A DNA stretch of 64,000 nt from an uncultured Gemmatimonadales bacterium (GTDB lineage: Bacteria > Gemmatimonadota > Gemmatimonadetes > Gemmatimonadales > GWC2-71-9): assembly GCA_963795085.1 (NCBI GenBank), contig CAWCFX010000006.1, positions 576,001-640,000 on the forward strand, given 5' to 3'. Below the pieces are notes generated by a model. The model saw nothing but the letters and a program-made list of their open reading frames with translations. It did not search any database and was not told where the DNA came from. This document shows, one piece after another, positions 16,843 through 26,708 of this stretch; the first letter of the stretch is position 1; each line of letters opens with the position of its first letter. The translations under genes and the position numbers were made by a program.

Positions 16843-18699
16843 TCATTCCGAGTCAGCCGGCCACTGGTCTTCCCCGGTGGCCCCGAGGAGGCTGTCCATG
16901 GTGGTCCGGAGTCCGGCCAGCCTGGACGCCGCAATCGGGTTCCCGGCCAGGTTGGTCAACTCCCCCGGGTCGGTTTGCAGGTCGTACAGCTCTTCGGCCC
17001 CATCCTCGTGCCGGATATAATGGGCGCTTCCCACCGTCAACGCACGAAGTTCTTCCACTTTGCCGGATGGCTTCCCGGAAGTGATCACCTCGGTGAGAAC
17101 CGGTTCCGCGGGCGTGGAATCGGCGGGGTCCCAGAACCGCCGCAGAGTGCGGCCGGGAAACAGGTCCGCCTCCTCGCTGCCGGTGAGGTCGAGCACCGTG
17201 CGGGCCAGGTCGCGCAGGTTGAGCGGTTCGGAGACTCGCATCCCTTCCGGCACTTCGCCGGGCAGCGCCATGATGAGGGGCACGTTGATGACCGGCTGGT
17301 AGAGACTGTTGCCGTGCACGAACATGCCGTGCTCGCCGAACTGCTCCCCATGGTCCGACGTCACCACGACGAGGGTGTTCCCCAGGACGCCCCGGCTCTC
17401 CAGCGAGTCGAGCAGCTTCCCGATCTCGTCGTCCAGGTAGGCCAGCGACGCCGCGTACGCCTCGTGCTCCCGCTGGATCTCGGCCCGGGTCATCCGCAGC
17501 TTGACCACCCGGCGCGCGCCCCGGATGCTCTGGTCGGTGAGATACGGCTTGCGCGGCGTGGCCGAGGCAAACCTCCGGTCGAATTCCTCCGGCGGCAGGT
17601 ACGGCTCGTGCGCATCGTAATAATTGACGAATGCGAAGAAGGGACGTGACGCGTCCCGTTCCCCCAGCCAGTCCAGCAGGTCGCCGTTCAGCTTCGCCGC
17701 GTTCTTGCGGCCCAGGATATCGTAGTACCCAACCATGCGCCGGACACCTGGCCGCACGGATAGATAGCGCCCCACCGAAGAATTGAGCAGCAGTTCGCCA
17801 AACGTGATGGCATAGTCCTCGTAGTGGGCAAAGCCCCGGTCGAGCCCGAAGTCCCGGCTGACATAGTGAAGGTTGGCGACGAAGCCGGCGGTGTGGTATC
17901 CCTCCCGGCCCAGCGCCTCGGCCAGCGTCGGGTGGGTGGAGTCCAGGGGCGCCCGGAAACCGGTGCTCAGGCGGTGCGGAAGCTCCCCGGTGAACATGCT
18001 GGCGTGGGACGGCAAGGTCCAGCTGGAGGGTGCCTTGGCCTCCAGAAAGTTCACGCCCCGCCGGGCCAGGTCTTCCAGCTCAGGCGTGGTCGGCCGGGCA
18101 TACCCGTTGACGCTCATGCTGAGAGAGCGGGCGGTGTCGAGAATCAGCAGCAGGACGTTGGGCGCACCCGGCTTCGGCTGAGGCAGGGTGGCGAGGACCT
18201 TCCGCTCCGACCACCGGTCAAGCCCAAAGGCGATCCCGGCCCCCAGCGCGGTCAGGAGCAGCAGCACCGGCGTGGTCCATTGCACCATGCGGACGAACGA
18301 CCGGAGCCGGCGGCTCGCCAGCGCAGAGACCTGGACCGCCACGCCCAGCGCGATAAGCAGCAGGGCGTAGGTGTGCAGCTCGGTGATCGCCAGAAAGGCC
18401 ACCGCGATCGAAGCGGGCAGCGCGAGGCCGAAGAGCATGAACCGGGTCGCGCGGGGCGTCCGCCAGAAGGTGGCCAGAACGGCAAGGCCCAGCGCCGGGA
18501 TGAGCACCCAGAGCGCATCCATGACCGGCGCCAGCCACACGACATGGGGGCCCAGGGCGGTCGGCGTGCCGAAGACATACTTGCGAAGCGCCATCCCGGC
18601 GCCCTCGATCAGTCCGGCCAGCAGTCCGAACCAGAGGCCGGCGAGCAGGATAGTCCCGGGACGGACCCCGGCATCCGCGTCGTGGGAAGCTTTCGACAT
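16843..18699 (-). CDS. Membrane-anchored sulfatase-like hydrolase/transferase (alkaline phosphatase superfamily)
   Basis: About 5 N-terminal TMs. PNVLLLILDTAR, SWTLPSHASMFTG, YYDAHEPY, TSDHGEQFGEHG and ELYDLQTDPGE motifs. Confidence 0.9.
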   Translation of the reverse strand: MSKASHDADAGVRPGTILLAGLWFGLLAGLIEGAGMALRKYVFGTPTALGPHVVWLAPVMDALWVLIPALGLAVLATFWRTPRATRFMLFGLALPASIAVAFLAITELHTYALLLIALGVAVQVSALASRRLRSFVRMVQWTTPVLLLLTALGAGIAFGLDRWSERKVLATLPQPKPGAPNVLLLILDTARSLSMSVNGYARPTTPELEDLARRGVNFLEAKAPSSWTLPSHASMFTGELPHRLSTGFRAPLDSTHPTLAEALGREGYHTAGFVANLHYVSRDFGLDRGFAHYEDYAITFGELLLNSSVGRYLSVRPGVRRMVGYYDILGRKNAAKLNGDLLDWLGERDASRPFFAFVNYYDAHEPYLPPEEFDRRFASATPRKPYLTDQSIRGARRVVKLRMTRAEIQREHEAYAASLAYLDDEIGKLLDSLESRGVLGNTLVVVTSDHGEQFGEHGMFVHGNSLYQPVINVPLIMALPGEVPEGMRVSEPLNLRDLARTVLDLTGSEEADLFPGRTLRRFWDPADSTPAEPVLTEVITSGKPSGKVEELRALTVGSAHYIRHEDGAEELYDLQTDPGELTNLAGNPIAASRLAGLRTTMDSLLGATGEDQWPADSE

Positions 18700-18788
18700 C
18701 GAACGTCTCGTTGTGGAAGTGGGCCGAACAGGGCGGGCGGGAAAAGCACCCGCCCCAAAATGGAAGGCAATGGCCTAGCGCCGGGACG

Positions 18789-19109
18789 TCAGCGGCGCCC
18801 GCCCCAGCGAACCAGGGTGTTGTACACCGAGCCCACCAGCCGGCCCAGGGCATAGCCGAACACGAAGAAGTAGATGAAGCCGATCATGCTGCCGAGGAAG
18901 CTGACCTTGTAGCCGGGGAGAAAAACCCGGAGCAGGCTCAGGTGCTGCCCCACCCGGTCTCCTCCCTTCAGGACCAGCACGTTGGTCGCGATGAAGATCC
19001 CGAGGCCCAGCAGCAGGCCAAAGGCGATGCCCCAGGCGCGCCCGTTGAGCTGGAGCATGGTGGTGCGAAGTTCGGCTTCCTGCTCCCGGACCAGGGTGCG
19101 TTCAGACAT
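18789..19109 (-). CDS. Small membrane protein (paralogue of 19200-19577)
   Basis: RAWGIAFGLLLGLGIFIATNVLVLKGG...LLRVFLPGYKVSFLG; 2-3 TMs. Confidence 0.75.
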   Translation of the reverse strand: MSERTLVREQEAELRTTMLQLNGRAWGIAFGLLLGLGIFIATNVLVLKGGDRVGQHLSLLRVFLPGYKVSFLGSMIGFIYFFVFGYALGRLVGSVYNTLVRWGGRR

Positions 19110-19199
19110 GAATCGGCTTTCTCGAGTGAAGGACGGGGAGATGTCAGCTTTGCGGATTTGGGTTTCTCAGCCAGATTCAGCCATCCGCGTCGGCATCCG

Positions 19200-19577
19200 C
19201 TATATGTGATCCAGAAAATCTCTGGTCTGGTTCAGTTCTGACTTGGCACGAATGACAAAAATCGAAACCGCGATCACCAGGTTGCGGCAGAAGGCAAGAA
19301 ACCAGCCGCCGACAAACCCGGCTACGAAGCCCCAGAAAAGCCCGACGAAGGCCCCGCCCCAGGTGACCGTGTACCCTTTGAAGTATTGCGCCAGGAGCGC
19401 CAGGCCGACTCCCTGCCCCGGGCTGCGGAGCAGGAAGACGGCCGTGGCCAGGAAGATGGTCAGGCCGAACGCCAGACCGATGGCGATGCCAAACGCGCGC
19501 TTGTGCAGCGGGGCGAAGGCCAGCGCGACGGCGGGCGGCAGTTCTTCTTCCTGCTCGGGATGGACGGCAGCGGTCAT
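19200..19577 (-). CDS. Small membrane protein (paralogue of 18789-19109)
   Basis: RAFGIAIGLAFGLTIFLATAVFLL...LLAQYFKGYTVTWGG; AGGA RBS. Confidence 0.75.
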   Translation of the reverse strand: MTAAVHPEQEEELPPAVALAFAPLHKRAFGIAIGLAFGLTIFLATAVFLLRSPGQGVGLALLAQYFKGYTVTWGGAFVGLFWGFVAGFVGGWFLAFCRNLVIAVSIFVIRAKSELNQTRDFLDHI

Positions 19578-19651
19578 GTCGGGTCCTGCCCTTCGCTGTC
19601 AATAGAGAATCGGTGAAATATGGGACTCCGCCGCGACGGCGGCAATGCTTT

Positions 19652-20788
19652 TCAGCTCGTGCCGGCGGCCGGGCCGGCCGGCTGCTGCCACGGCCCCCGC
19701 GGAGTCTTGCTCGGCACCGGCGGCCAGGTCTCCACCCCGACTTCGGCAAAGGCCTGCACGTAGGCGGGCGGTTTGGGCTCACCAATGGTATGGTGCAGGA
19801 AGGTGCCCCAGAGCGCCGAGACCCCGTTCAGGAAGTAGTACAACAGGTGCACCGGCACCACCCGCGCCGCGAACCATCCGCCCCGGCAGCGGTTGAAGAA
19901 CCCGTACATCTTCCGGTTGCCGAACAACACGGGCAGGGTCAACGCCAGCGACACCGCGAGCCAGCGGGCGTCTCTCGTGACGGCGGCCAGCGCCAGGCCG
20001 GCGAGGGCCAGCCAGATCAGCGCCACGAAGATCTTCTCCCTCCGCGCGACGTTGAGCACGCTGGTGTTGCTGTTGCCGCCCTGTTCGACGATCAGCCGCA
20101 TCCAGGGAACGCCCCGGTCGTGCAGGTCGGTGGCGATCACGTTCCTGAGCGTCCACTCCTTCAGGTGGGTGCCCTGGATTTCGGGCCGCAGCAGGATGGG
20201 ATGGCCGTGAGCCCGGATCCGGTGGCCCAGTTCGATGTCCTCGATCTGGGGCCGCACATAGTGCCACTCGTCGTACATCCCGCACTCGATGAACACCGAA
20301 CTCCGCACCGCGCCGCACCCGGCCCAGAAGGTCTCCGCCGGACCCGCATTCTGGTGATGCACGTAGTGATGCATCAGGTTCCGGTACTGGGAAATGAAAC
20401 CGGGCGCCGGCGGCCGGTCGCAATAGGAGCCGAACACCGCCCCGAGGTCCGGGTCGTCGGCGAACAGCCAGGCGAAGCGTCGGAGCGTGTCGGGCCGGAC
20501 GCAGACGTCGGCGTCGATGAACACCGCCACCGCTCCCCGGGCCGCCTCGAATCCGCGGTTCCGTGCGTAGGCGGGCCCGTGGGGTTTGCCGGGGAGGCGG
20601 ACCACCGCGTCCGCATAGCGGGCGGCGATGGACGCGGTATCGTCGGAGCTGGCGTCGTCCACCACGACCAGTTCCCAGCACGCGCGGGGCAGGTCGCTCG
20701 CGGCCAGCGCGTCCAGCGCCCGGGGCAGCACCCGGTGGCCGTTGTACGCCGGGACGATCACCGAGAGAAACGGAAGCGGGGGGTTCAC
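19652..20788 (-). CDS. GT2 glycosyltransferase with C-terminal TM helices
   Basis: LSVIVPAYN, VVVDDASSDDT, GPAYARNRG, FIDADV and IEDIELG motifs. GTG 20788 overlaps the upstream stop. Confidence 0.9.
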   Translation of the reverse strand: MNPPLPFLSVIVPAYNGHRVLPRALDALAASDLPRACWELVVVDDASSDDTASIAARYADAVVRLPGKPHGPAYARNRGFEAARGAVAVFIDADVCVRPDTLRRFAWLFADDPDLGAVFGSYCDRPPAPGFISQYRNLMHHYVHHQNAGPAETFWAGCGAVRSSVFIECGMYDEWHYVRPQIEDIELGHRIRAHGHPILLRPEIQGTHLKEWTLRNVIATDLHDRGVPWMRLIVEQGGNSNTSVLNVARREKIFVALIWLALAGLALAAVTRDARWLAVSLALTLPVLFGNRKMYGFFNRCRGGWFAARVVPVHLLYYFLNGVSALWGTFLHHTIGEPKPPAYVQAFAEVGVETWPPVPSKTPRGPWQQPAGPAAGTS

Positions 20789-21537
20789 GGGCGACCCTTC
20801 CAGGCCGGGCGCACGGCCTGCCGCAGGCTCCGGGCGTGTGCCCGGAAGCGGAGTCTCCAGCGAAACGACGGTGTCCCCCATGCTTCTAACCTCCCTGGAC
20901 GCTGGAAATAGTACATGTCGAGCCGGGGCAGGAGCTGTAGCGGTTCGCCATTCTCCAGGATCCGCAACTCGGTCGTACAGGCCACCTGGTAATGGCGCCG
21001 GGCTACCCCGGCCGCGCGCTCGTCCACGGACCCGTAGGGATAGGCGAACGCCCCCGGCCGGACTCCGCACGTGGCCTCGATGTCCGCCGCCGAGCCGGCG
21101 ATCTCGTCCTCCAGCGCCGCGGGATCGAGGCCGGCCAGCGGGGGATGCGTCCGGGTGTGCCCCCCCAGCGTCACCCCCGACTCAGCCAGCCGGGCCAGGG
21201 CATCCCAGCCGAGCAGCGGCAGGGTGGGAATACCCGGCGCCTCGTATCCGCCCCAGGCGTTGGTTCCGCCGGCTTGTCCCGACACCACGAACAGGGTGAC
21301 CGGGAATCCCGCATCCAGGAGCCGGGGCGCTGCCTCAGTCCCGAAACTGGCGAACGCATCGTCGAAGGTCAGCGCCACCGCGTCCTTCGCCGGATCGCCC
21401 TGGAGCAGCGTGTCCAGTGGAACCACCGGCACCGTGCCCCGCGCCAGCCAGCGCAGGTGCGCCTGGAACGCGTCCCGGCCCACCGAGATCGGCGACCCGC
21501 TCTCGTCGATCGAGTGGTACATCAGGATCGCGCGCAC
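20785..21537 (-). CDS. Polysaccharide deacetylase (CE4/NodB)
   Basis: ILMYHSI, LTFDDAF, GGHTRTHPPL and FAYPYG motifs. Confidence 0.9.
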   Translation of the reverse strand: MRAILMYHSIDESGSPISVGRDAFQAHLRWLARGTVPVVPLDTLLQGDPAKDAVALTFDDAFASFGTEAAPRLLDAGFPVTLFVVSGQAGGTNAWGGYEAPGIPTLPLLGWDALARLAESGVTLGGHTRTHPPLAGLDPAALEDEIAGSAADIEATCGVRPGAFAYPYGSVDERAAGVARRHYQVACTTELRILENGEPLQLLPRLDMYYFQRPGRLEAWGTPSFRWRLRFRAHARSLRQAVRPAWKGRP

Positions 21538-21543
21538 GGCCGG

Positions 21544-22518
21544 TCAGCGAATCGCGAGCCGGGAGCGCTGTTCCGCCACGACGTCCGCCACGATCTGCTC
21601 CAGCGAGCGGCTGAACTTGTACCCGGTCACCCGTTCCAGCTTCCGGGTATCCGGAACCCGCCGCTCCAGGTCCTCGAAACCCGCCGCGTAGGCCTCGCTG
21701 TAGGGAATGTGCTCGATGGGCGACTGGCTGCCCGCGGCCTCCCGCACCATTTCGGCCAGCTGGTTGATGCTCACTTCCCGGTCGGTGCCGACGTTGAACA
21801 CCTGGCCCACGGTCTCCGGCGTGTCGATCAGCCGGAGCACGGCTTCCACCGCGTCGTACACGTGGCCGAAGCAGCGGCTCTGCTCGCCCGAGCCGAACAC
21901 CTTGATCGGTTCGCCGCTCAGGGCCTGGCTCACGAAGTTGGGCAGCACCATGCCGTAGCGGCCGGTCTGCCGGGGGCCCACGGTATTGAAGAACCGGGCC
22001 ACGATGACCGGCACCTTGCGCTCGTGCCAGTAGGCCAGCGCGAGCCATTCATCCAGCGCCTTGGAGCAGGCGTAGGCCCAGCGGGAATGGAGCGTCGGCC
22101 CCAGCTTGAGATCGTCGTCCTCCGAGAAGGGAATCTTGACGCCCTTGCCGTAAACCTCCGAGGTCGAGGCCAGCACCACCAGCTTCTGCTTCCGGGCCGC
22201 CGCGCCGAGGACCACCTCGGTCCCCCGGACGTTGGTCTCGATGGTGTGGACCGGCTTCTCGACGATCAGCCGGACACCCACCGCGGCCGCCAGGTGGACG
22301 GTTACGTCACACCGGTCCACCAGCTCCCCCACCAGCGCCGGGTCGATCGCCGAGCCGACCCGGTGCTCGAAGCCGGGGCGCCCCACCAGGTGGGCAATGT
22401 TATCCATCTGCCCGGTTGACAGGTCATCCAGGATGATGACCTTGTCGCCCCGCTCCAGGAGCTTGTCGGACAGGTGGGAACCGATGAACCCGGCACCGCC
22501 GGTGATGAAGACTTTCAT
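21544..22518 (-). CDS. NAD-dependent nucleotide-sugar epimerase/dehydratase
   Basis: ITGGAGFIGSHL, HLAAAVGV, STSEVYGK, YACSK and RFFNTVGPRQ motifs. Confidence 0.92.
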   Translation of the reverse strand: MKVFITGGAGFIGSHLSDKLLERGDKVIILDDLSTGQMDNIAHLVGRPGFEHRVGSAIDPALVGELVDRCDVTVHLAAAVGVRLIVEKPVHTIETNVRGTEVVLGAAARKQKLVVLASTSEVYGKGVKIPFSEDDDLKLGPTLHSRWAYACSKALDEWLALAYWHERKVPVIVARFFNTVGPRQTGRYGMVLPNFVSQALSGEPIKVFGSGEQSRCFGHVYDAVEAVLRLIDTPETVGQVFNVGTDREVSINQLAEMVREAAGSQSPIEHIPYSEAYAAGFEDLERRVPDTRKLERVTGYKFSRSLEQIVADVVAEQRSRLAIR

Positions 22519-22591
22519 GGATTTCTGCGCTCCGTGTGATGTCGGACGGGCGGACCGCCGGATGGTCGACCCAGGAACCCTCTTTCCCTGC

Positions 22592-23924
22592 TTACACCCT
22601 TTCGAGCGGATCACCGGGAGCCGGAACCCCCATCCCGCGGTCCGCCCTTCCCACCGTCCCACCGTCCGCCCGCCACCCCAGCTTCTCGGTCAGCCCGGCC
22701 CGGCCGGTGCGCGCCGCGGCCCGCTCCGCGATGTCCAGGTATCGGGGCACCACCGCGGTCTCGGTGTAGTGCCGGGCGTAGGCCTCGTACCCCGCCGCCG
22801 CCAGCTTCTGCCGGTACCCGGGATCGGACTGCAGCCGCCGCATGGCGGCCACCAGTTCCTCGCCGGTGGTGAACAGTTCCCCGCCTCCGGCCCCCTCGAC
22901 GATCTCGGGGAAAGGCCCGATTCGCCGCGCAATGACCGGCGTCGATTGCTTGAACGACTCGATCAGGATGATCCCGAAGGTCTCGTAGCAGACCGACGGC
23001 ACGATCAGGGCCACCGCGTGCTGGTAATAGCGCCGCAATTCATCGGGGGGCACCCGCCCGAGGAAGTGCACGTTGTCGATCCCCCCGGCCAGTTCCCGGA
23101 GCGGCCCCGCGTACTCCCCGTCGCCCGCGATCAGGAGATCGGCGTCGGGGTACTCCCGGAACCGGGGGATCACGTCGTCCAGGCCCTTGATCTTCTCCAG
23201 CCGCCCGACGAAGAGGAAATAGGGGCGGGCCCGGGGCCGTTCGCCGCCGACCGCAGCCCCCCCGGCTTCCGGATCGGGCAGGAAGTAGGGCAGCACCTCC
23301 ATCGGCTTCTTCAGTCCGAACTCGGCATGCTTCCGCCGGCTGAATTCGCTCATCGCGATCACGGCGTCCACATGGCGGAGCTCCCGCGCCAGGTAGCCGG
23401 TCCAGCGCCAGAGCTGGGGCGGCCGCCGGTAGCTCAGGGTGCAGCGGAAACATTCCCGGCCGGTGCACAGCTCCCGGCCGTGGCGCCACAGCACGTGCAT
23501 GGGGCAGACCAGCCAATGCTCGTGCGCCATGTACAGCTTGAGCGCGTCGCCGTACTTGAAGATCCCCGGCCCGCCCACCAGGGAGACGTTGTGATAGTTA
23601 ATCACGTCGTACCCCCCCCGGGCCAGCAGGCGGCGGATCTTGCCGCCGTTCGCCACCGGCCGCCCGAACTGCTGGGTCAGGAGCGGCGAGACGGCACCGC
23701 AGCCCGCTTCGGAGCGACACCACCTCGACGCCGGGCACTTCGGGGGCCGGCGCCGGCTCGGCGCCCTGGCGCAGGGTGTTGTAGGCGTCCACGTCATGCA
23801 CCACGGTCACGTGGTGGCCGAACCGGGCCAGGCCACGCGCCAGCCGCTGAATACCGATGCCGTCGCCCCCGAAGTTGTACGGGGGATAGAACGTCGTGAT
23901 GAAACAGAAGCGGAGCCCGCTCAC
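22592..23924 (-). pseudogene. GT4 glycosyltransferase interrupted by a single-base frameshift near 23700 (pseudogene or sequencing error)
   Basis: N-terminus (VSGLRFCFITTFYPPYNFGGDG...VSLRSGL) is in one frame. The remainder (GAVSPLLTQQ...FVGRLEKIKG...ETFGIILIES) is in another. GTG 23924 is coupled to the upstream stop. Confidence 0.8.
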
Positions 23925-25096
23925 GCCGCCGCCTCGGCCAGGGCGTCCAGCGCGGCCCGGGCGGTCACCGGCCAGGCCAGCGCAGTCGCCCGGGCCAGCG
24001 CGGTGCGCGCCATCCTGGCCCGCGCCGGTTCGTCGTGGAGCATGGTCCCCATGGCGCGCTCCAGGCCCGCCGCGTCCCCCGGGTTCACGAAGAGGCCGCC
24101 GCCCGCGAGCAGCTCGGGCAGCGGGCTTTCGGTGGTCGCCACCACCGGCGTGCCGCAGGCCGCCGCCTCGACCGCCGGCAACCCGAACCCCTCGCAGGAG
24201 GACGGAAGCACCAGCGCCACCGCGCCGGCGTGCAGGTGTCGCAGGTCCTCGTCGGCCACGAACCCGGTCCACTTCACCAGGGACTCGGTGCCCGCCTCGG
24301 CGATGGCCCGCCGGATCTGGGCCTGGCTTCCGTGGAACACGTCGCTGTCGATGCTCCCCACCAGCAGCAGGTAGGGCGGGCGTTGGGCCTGTTTCGCGAG
24401 GCGGCCATGGGCCCGGACAATGTCCTCCACCCGCTTGTGCGGGTTGAACCCGCCCACATAGATGAACCAGCGGGCATCCCGGGGCAGGCCCAGCCGGCCG
24501 GTCACCTCGTCCAGCCGGGCCGCGTCATGGCCCGGAACAAAGGCGGGTGCCGGGGCCTCCACCGCCACCCGGATCCGGCCCGGCGCGATGCCGAGAAACC
24601 GGGTCAGGTCCCGGGACGAAAACTCGGAGACAGTGAGCACCAGCCGGGCCTGCCGGACCGCGAGGCCGACTTTGAGCTTCCAGAGCAACCGGGCCCGCCG
24701 GGAAGGCAGCGTCAGCTCGGGAAACCGTTCCGCGATCGCGTCGTGGACCGTCACCACCGCCCGAAGCAACGGCGGCAGCGGGAAGTAGGTGTACACCGAC
24801 GGCGAAAAGAACACGTCGAGGCCGTCGCGCCAGACTGCCCGGGTAAGCCGCAGCATGTCGGCTGGCGACCGGTTGCCGTTGGCGGCCGCCGCCTCGGTGG
24901 GCGATCGCGACTGGCTGACGACCACCGGCCGCACGTTGGGTCCGGCCAGGTCGAACGACTCCGCCGCCTTCCGGTCCAGGTAGCAGAAGAACTCGTGCTC
25001 CGGCGCCAGCTCCACCATGGCGGGCAGCAGGTGGCGGGTGTACCGCCCGTAGCCCCGCCCGTTGGCCCAGCAGGTGGCATCAACGCCGATTCTCAC
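23921..25096 (-). CDS. GT4 glycosyltransferase
   Basis: RIGVDA, TVHDAI, VGGFNPHKR and EGFGLPAVEAAACGTPVV motifs. Confidence 0.92.
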   Translation of the reverse strand: MRIGVDATCWANGRGYGRYTRHLLPAMVELAPEHEFFCYLDRKAAESFDLAGPNVRPVVVSQSRSPTEAAAANGNRSPADMLRLTRAVWRDGLDVFFSPSVYTYFPLPPLLRAVVTVHDAIAERFPELTLPSRRARLLWKLKVGLAVRQARLVLTVSEFSSRDLTRFLGIAPGRIRVAVEAPAPAFVPGHDAARLDEVTGRLGLPRDARWFIYVGGFNPHKRVEDIVRAHGRLAKQAQRPPYLLLVGSIDSDVFHGSQAQIRRAIAEAGTESLVKWTGFVADEDLRHLHAGAVALVLPSSCEGFGLPAVEAAACGTPVVATTESPLPELLAGGGLFVNPGDAAGLERAMGTMLHDEPARARMARTALARATALAWPVTARAALDALAEAAA

Positions 25097-25124
25097 GGGG
25101 CGGGCGGGCGGACCTTGAATGATT

Positions 25125-26621
25125 TCACTTGACGCCCACCGGCGTCGCGCTGCTCGCCGTCTCTTCCAGCTTCTGCTCTTCGTGGTACTCGAAATCCGTA
25201 TTCACGGCCCACAGGTCGTGGGAGGCACCCTGCATGTTCCACAGCGCCATCATCGCCGTGAGCATCGAGTGGTCCTGGTTGTTGTACTTGTGCATGCCGT
25301 TGCGGCCGACGGTATGCAGGTTGGAGATCGTGTCGATGTATTCGCGCACCACGTCCAGGTGGCCGCGGTACTGCGAATCGTAGATCGGGTAGGCCTTGGG
25401 CATCCGGATCACGGCGCCATCCTTCACCAGCGACGCGCTCGCCAGGCCCAGGCTCTCCAGCTCGCGGGCGGCCTGGGCGATCAGGTCCGCGTCCTTCGAT
25501 TCCCAGAGGCCGTCGCCCTTGAAGCAGAAGTACTCCATCCCGATGCAGGTCATCCCCGGCACCGGCACCATGGCCTGGCTCCAGTTGTTGAAGTTCTGGA
25601 TCCGCCCCACCTGCACGCCCGGCGTGTGGATGTAGATCCAGTTGTCGGGGAAGAGATCCTGTTTGTCGAGCATCAGCGCCACCACCAGGAAGTCCCGGTA
25701 CTTGAGCCCCTCGGCGGCCTGCCGCACCGGCTCCGGCACCGCGGGCGAGAGGGAGCGCACCAGGTTCCGCACCGGCATGGTATTGATGACGTGCTCGGCG
25801 GGGAAATGCTTCTCCCCTTCCGGTGTGCTGGCCCAGACCCCGGTCACCTTGCCGTTTTCCAGGTCGATCCGGGTGGCGTAGTGCTGCATGTGCACGTCGT
25901 TGCCCATCTCGATGATCCGGTCGCGGCACATCTCCCACATCTGGCCGGGGCCGAGCCGGGGATACTGGAACTCGTTGATCAGGGTCTTGATCTTGGTGGA
26001 GCGCTTGTTGAGCTGCGCCGCCGAAAGAATCGCCTTGGCCAGGGACAGCCCCTGGATCCGCTGGGCCGCCCACTCGGCCCGGATCTCGGTGCAGGGAATG
26101 CCCCAGACTTTTTCCGTGTAGGTCTTGAAGAAGATCCGGTAGAGGCGGGTGCCGAACCGGTTGGAGACCCACTGCTCGAAGTTCTCCTCCACCTTGCTGG
26201 GGCGGAGCCGGGCCTTGAAATAGCTGAGGACGATGAGAATGGCGTTCCAGATGCCCAGGCCGGACAGCGCGTTGGCGGCCTTGAGCGGATAGTCGAAGTA
26301 CTTCCCGCCGTAGTGGATGCGCGACATCCGGGGCACCGAGATGAACTCTTTCCCCAGGATCTCGTGCCAGAGCGCTTCGACCGGCGCGATCTTGGTGAAG
26401 AACCGGTGCCCGCCGATGTCGAAGCGGAACCCCTTGTACTGCGCCGTCCGGGAAATCCCGCCCACGATGTCGTCGCCCTCGAGCACGGTCACCGCATGGC
26501 CCTGCTTGGAGAGCAGGTACGCCGCGGTCAGCCCCGCCGGTCCGGCGCCGATCACCACGGTGCGATCGCCGGGAGCCAACTGGTCCACCGTCCTGCCACC
26601 CGGTATTTCCGAAGACGTCAT
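25125..26621 (-). CDS. NAD(P)/FAD-dependent oxidoreductase (UDP-galactopyranose mutase/HemY-like, glycan-cluster type)
   Basis: IGAGPAGLTAA, FDIGGHRFFTK, YTEKVWG, FPDNWIYIH and GRNGMHKYNNQDHSM motifs. Confidence 0.85.
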   Translation of the reverse strand: MTSSEIPGGRTVDQLAPGDRTVVIGAGPAGLTAAYLLSKQGHAVTVLEGDDIVGGISRTAQYKGFRFDIGGHRFFTKIAPVEALWHEILGKEFISVPRMSRIHYGGKYFDYPLKAANALSGLGIWNAILIVLSYFKARLRPSKVEENFEQWVSNRFGTRLYRIFFKTYTEKVWGIPCTEIRAEWAAQRIQGLSLAKAILSAAQLNKRSTKIKTLINEFQYPRLGPGQMWEMCRDRIIEMGNDVHMQHYATRIDLENGKVTGVWASTPEGEKHFPAEHVINTMPVRNLVRSLSPAVPEPVRQAAEGLKYRDFLVVALMLDKQDLFPDNWIYIHTPGVQVGRIQNFNNWSQAMVPVPGMTCIGMEYFCFKGDGLWESKDADLIAQAARELESLGLASASLVKDGAVIRMPKAYPIYDSQYRGHLDVVREYIDTISNLHTVGRNGMHKYNNQDHSMLTAMMALWNMQGASHDLWAVNTDFEYHEEQKLEETASSATPVGVK

Positions 26622-26708
26622 TACAGAACTCCAGTAAAGAGAACTGACCGCCGGAATGGATGGAACCTGCTACCCTGTCAGCATCCTCCGCCTCTTACTT
26701 CTCACCCG

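Noticed and set aside
18731..18760. GC hairpin upstream of the sulfatase-like gene as a terminator
   Set aside because: The T-run lies on the wrong side for the minus-strand transcript and the stem is short.
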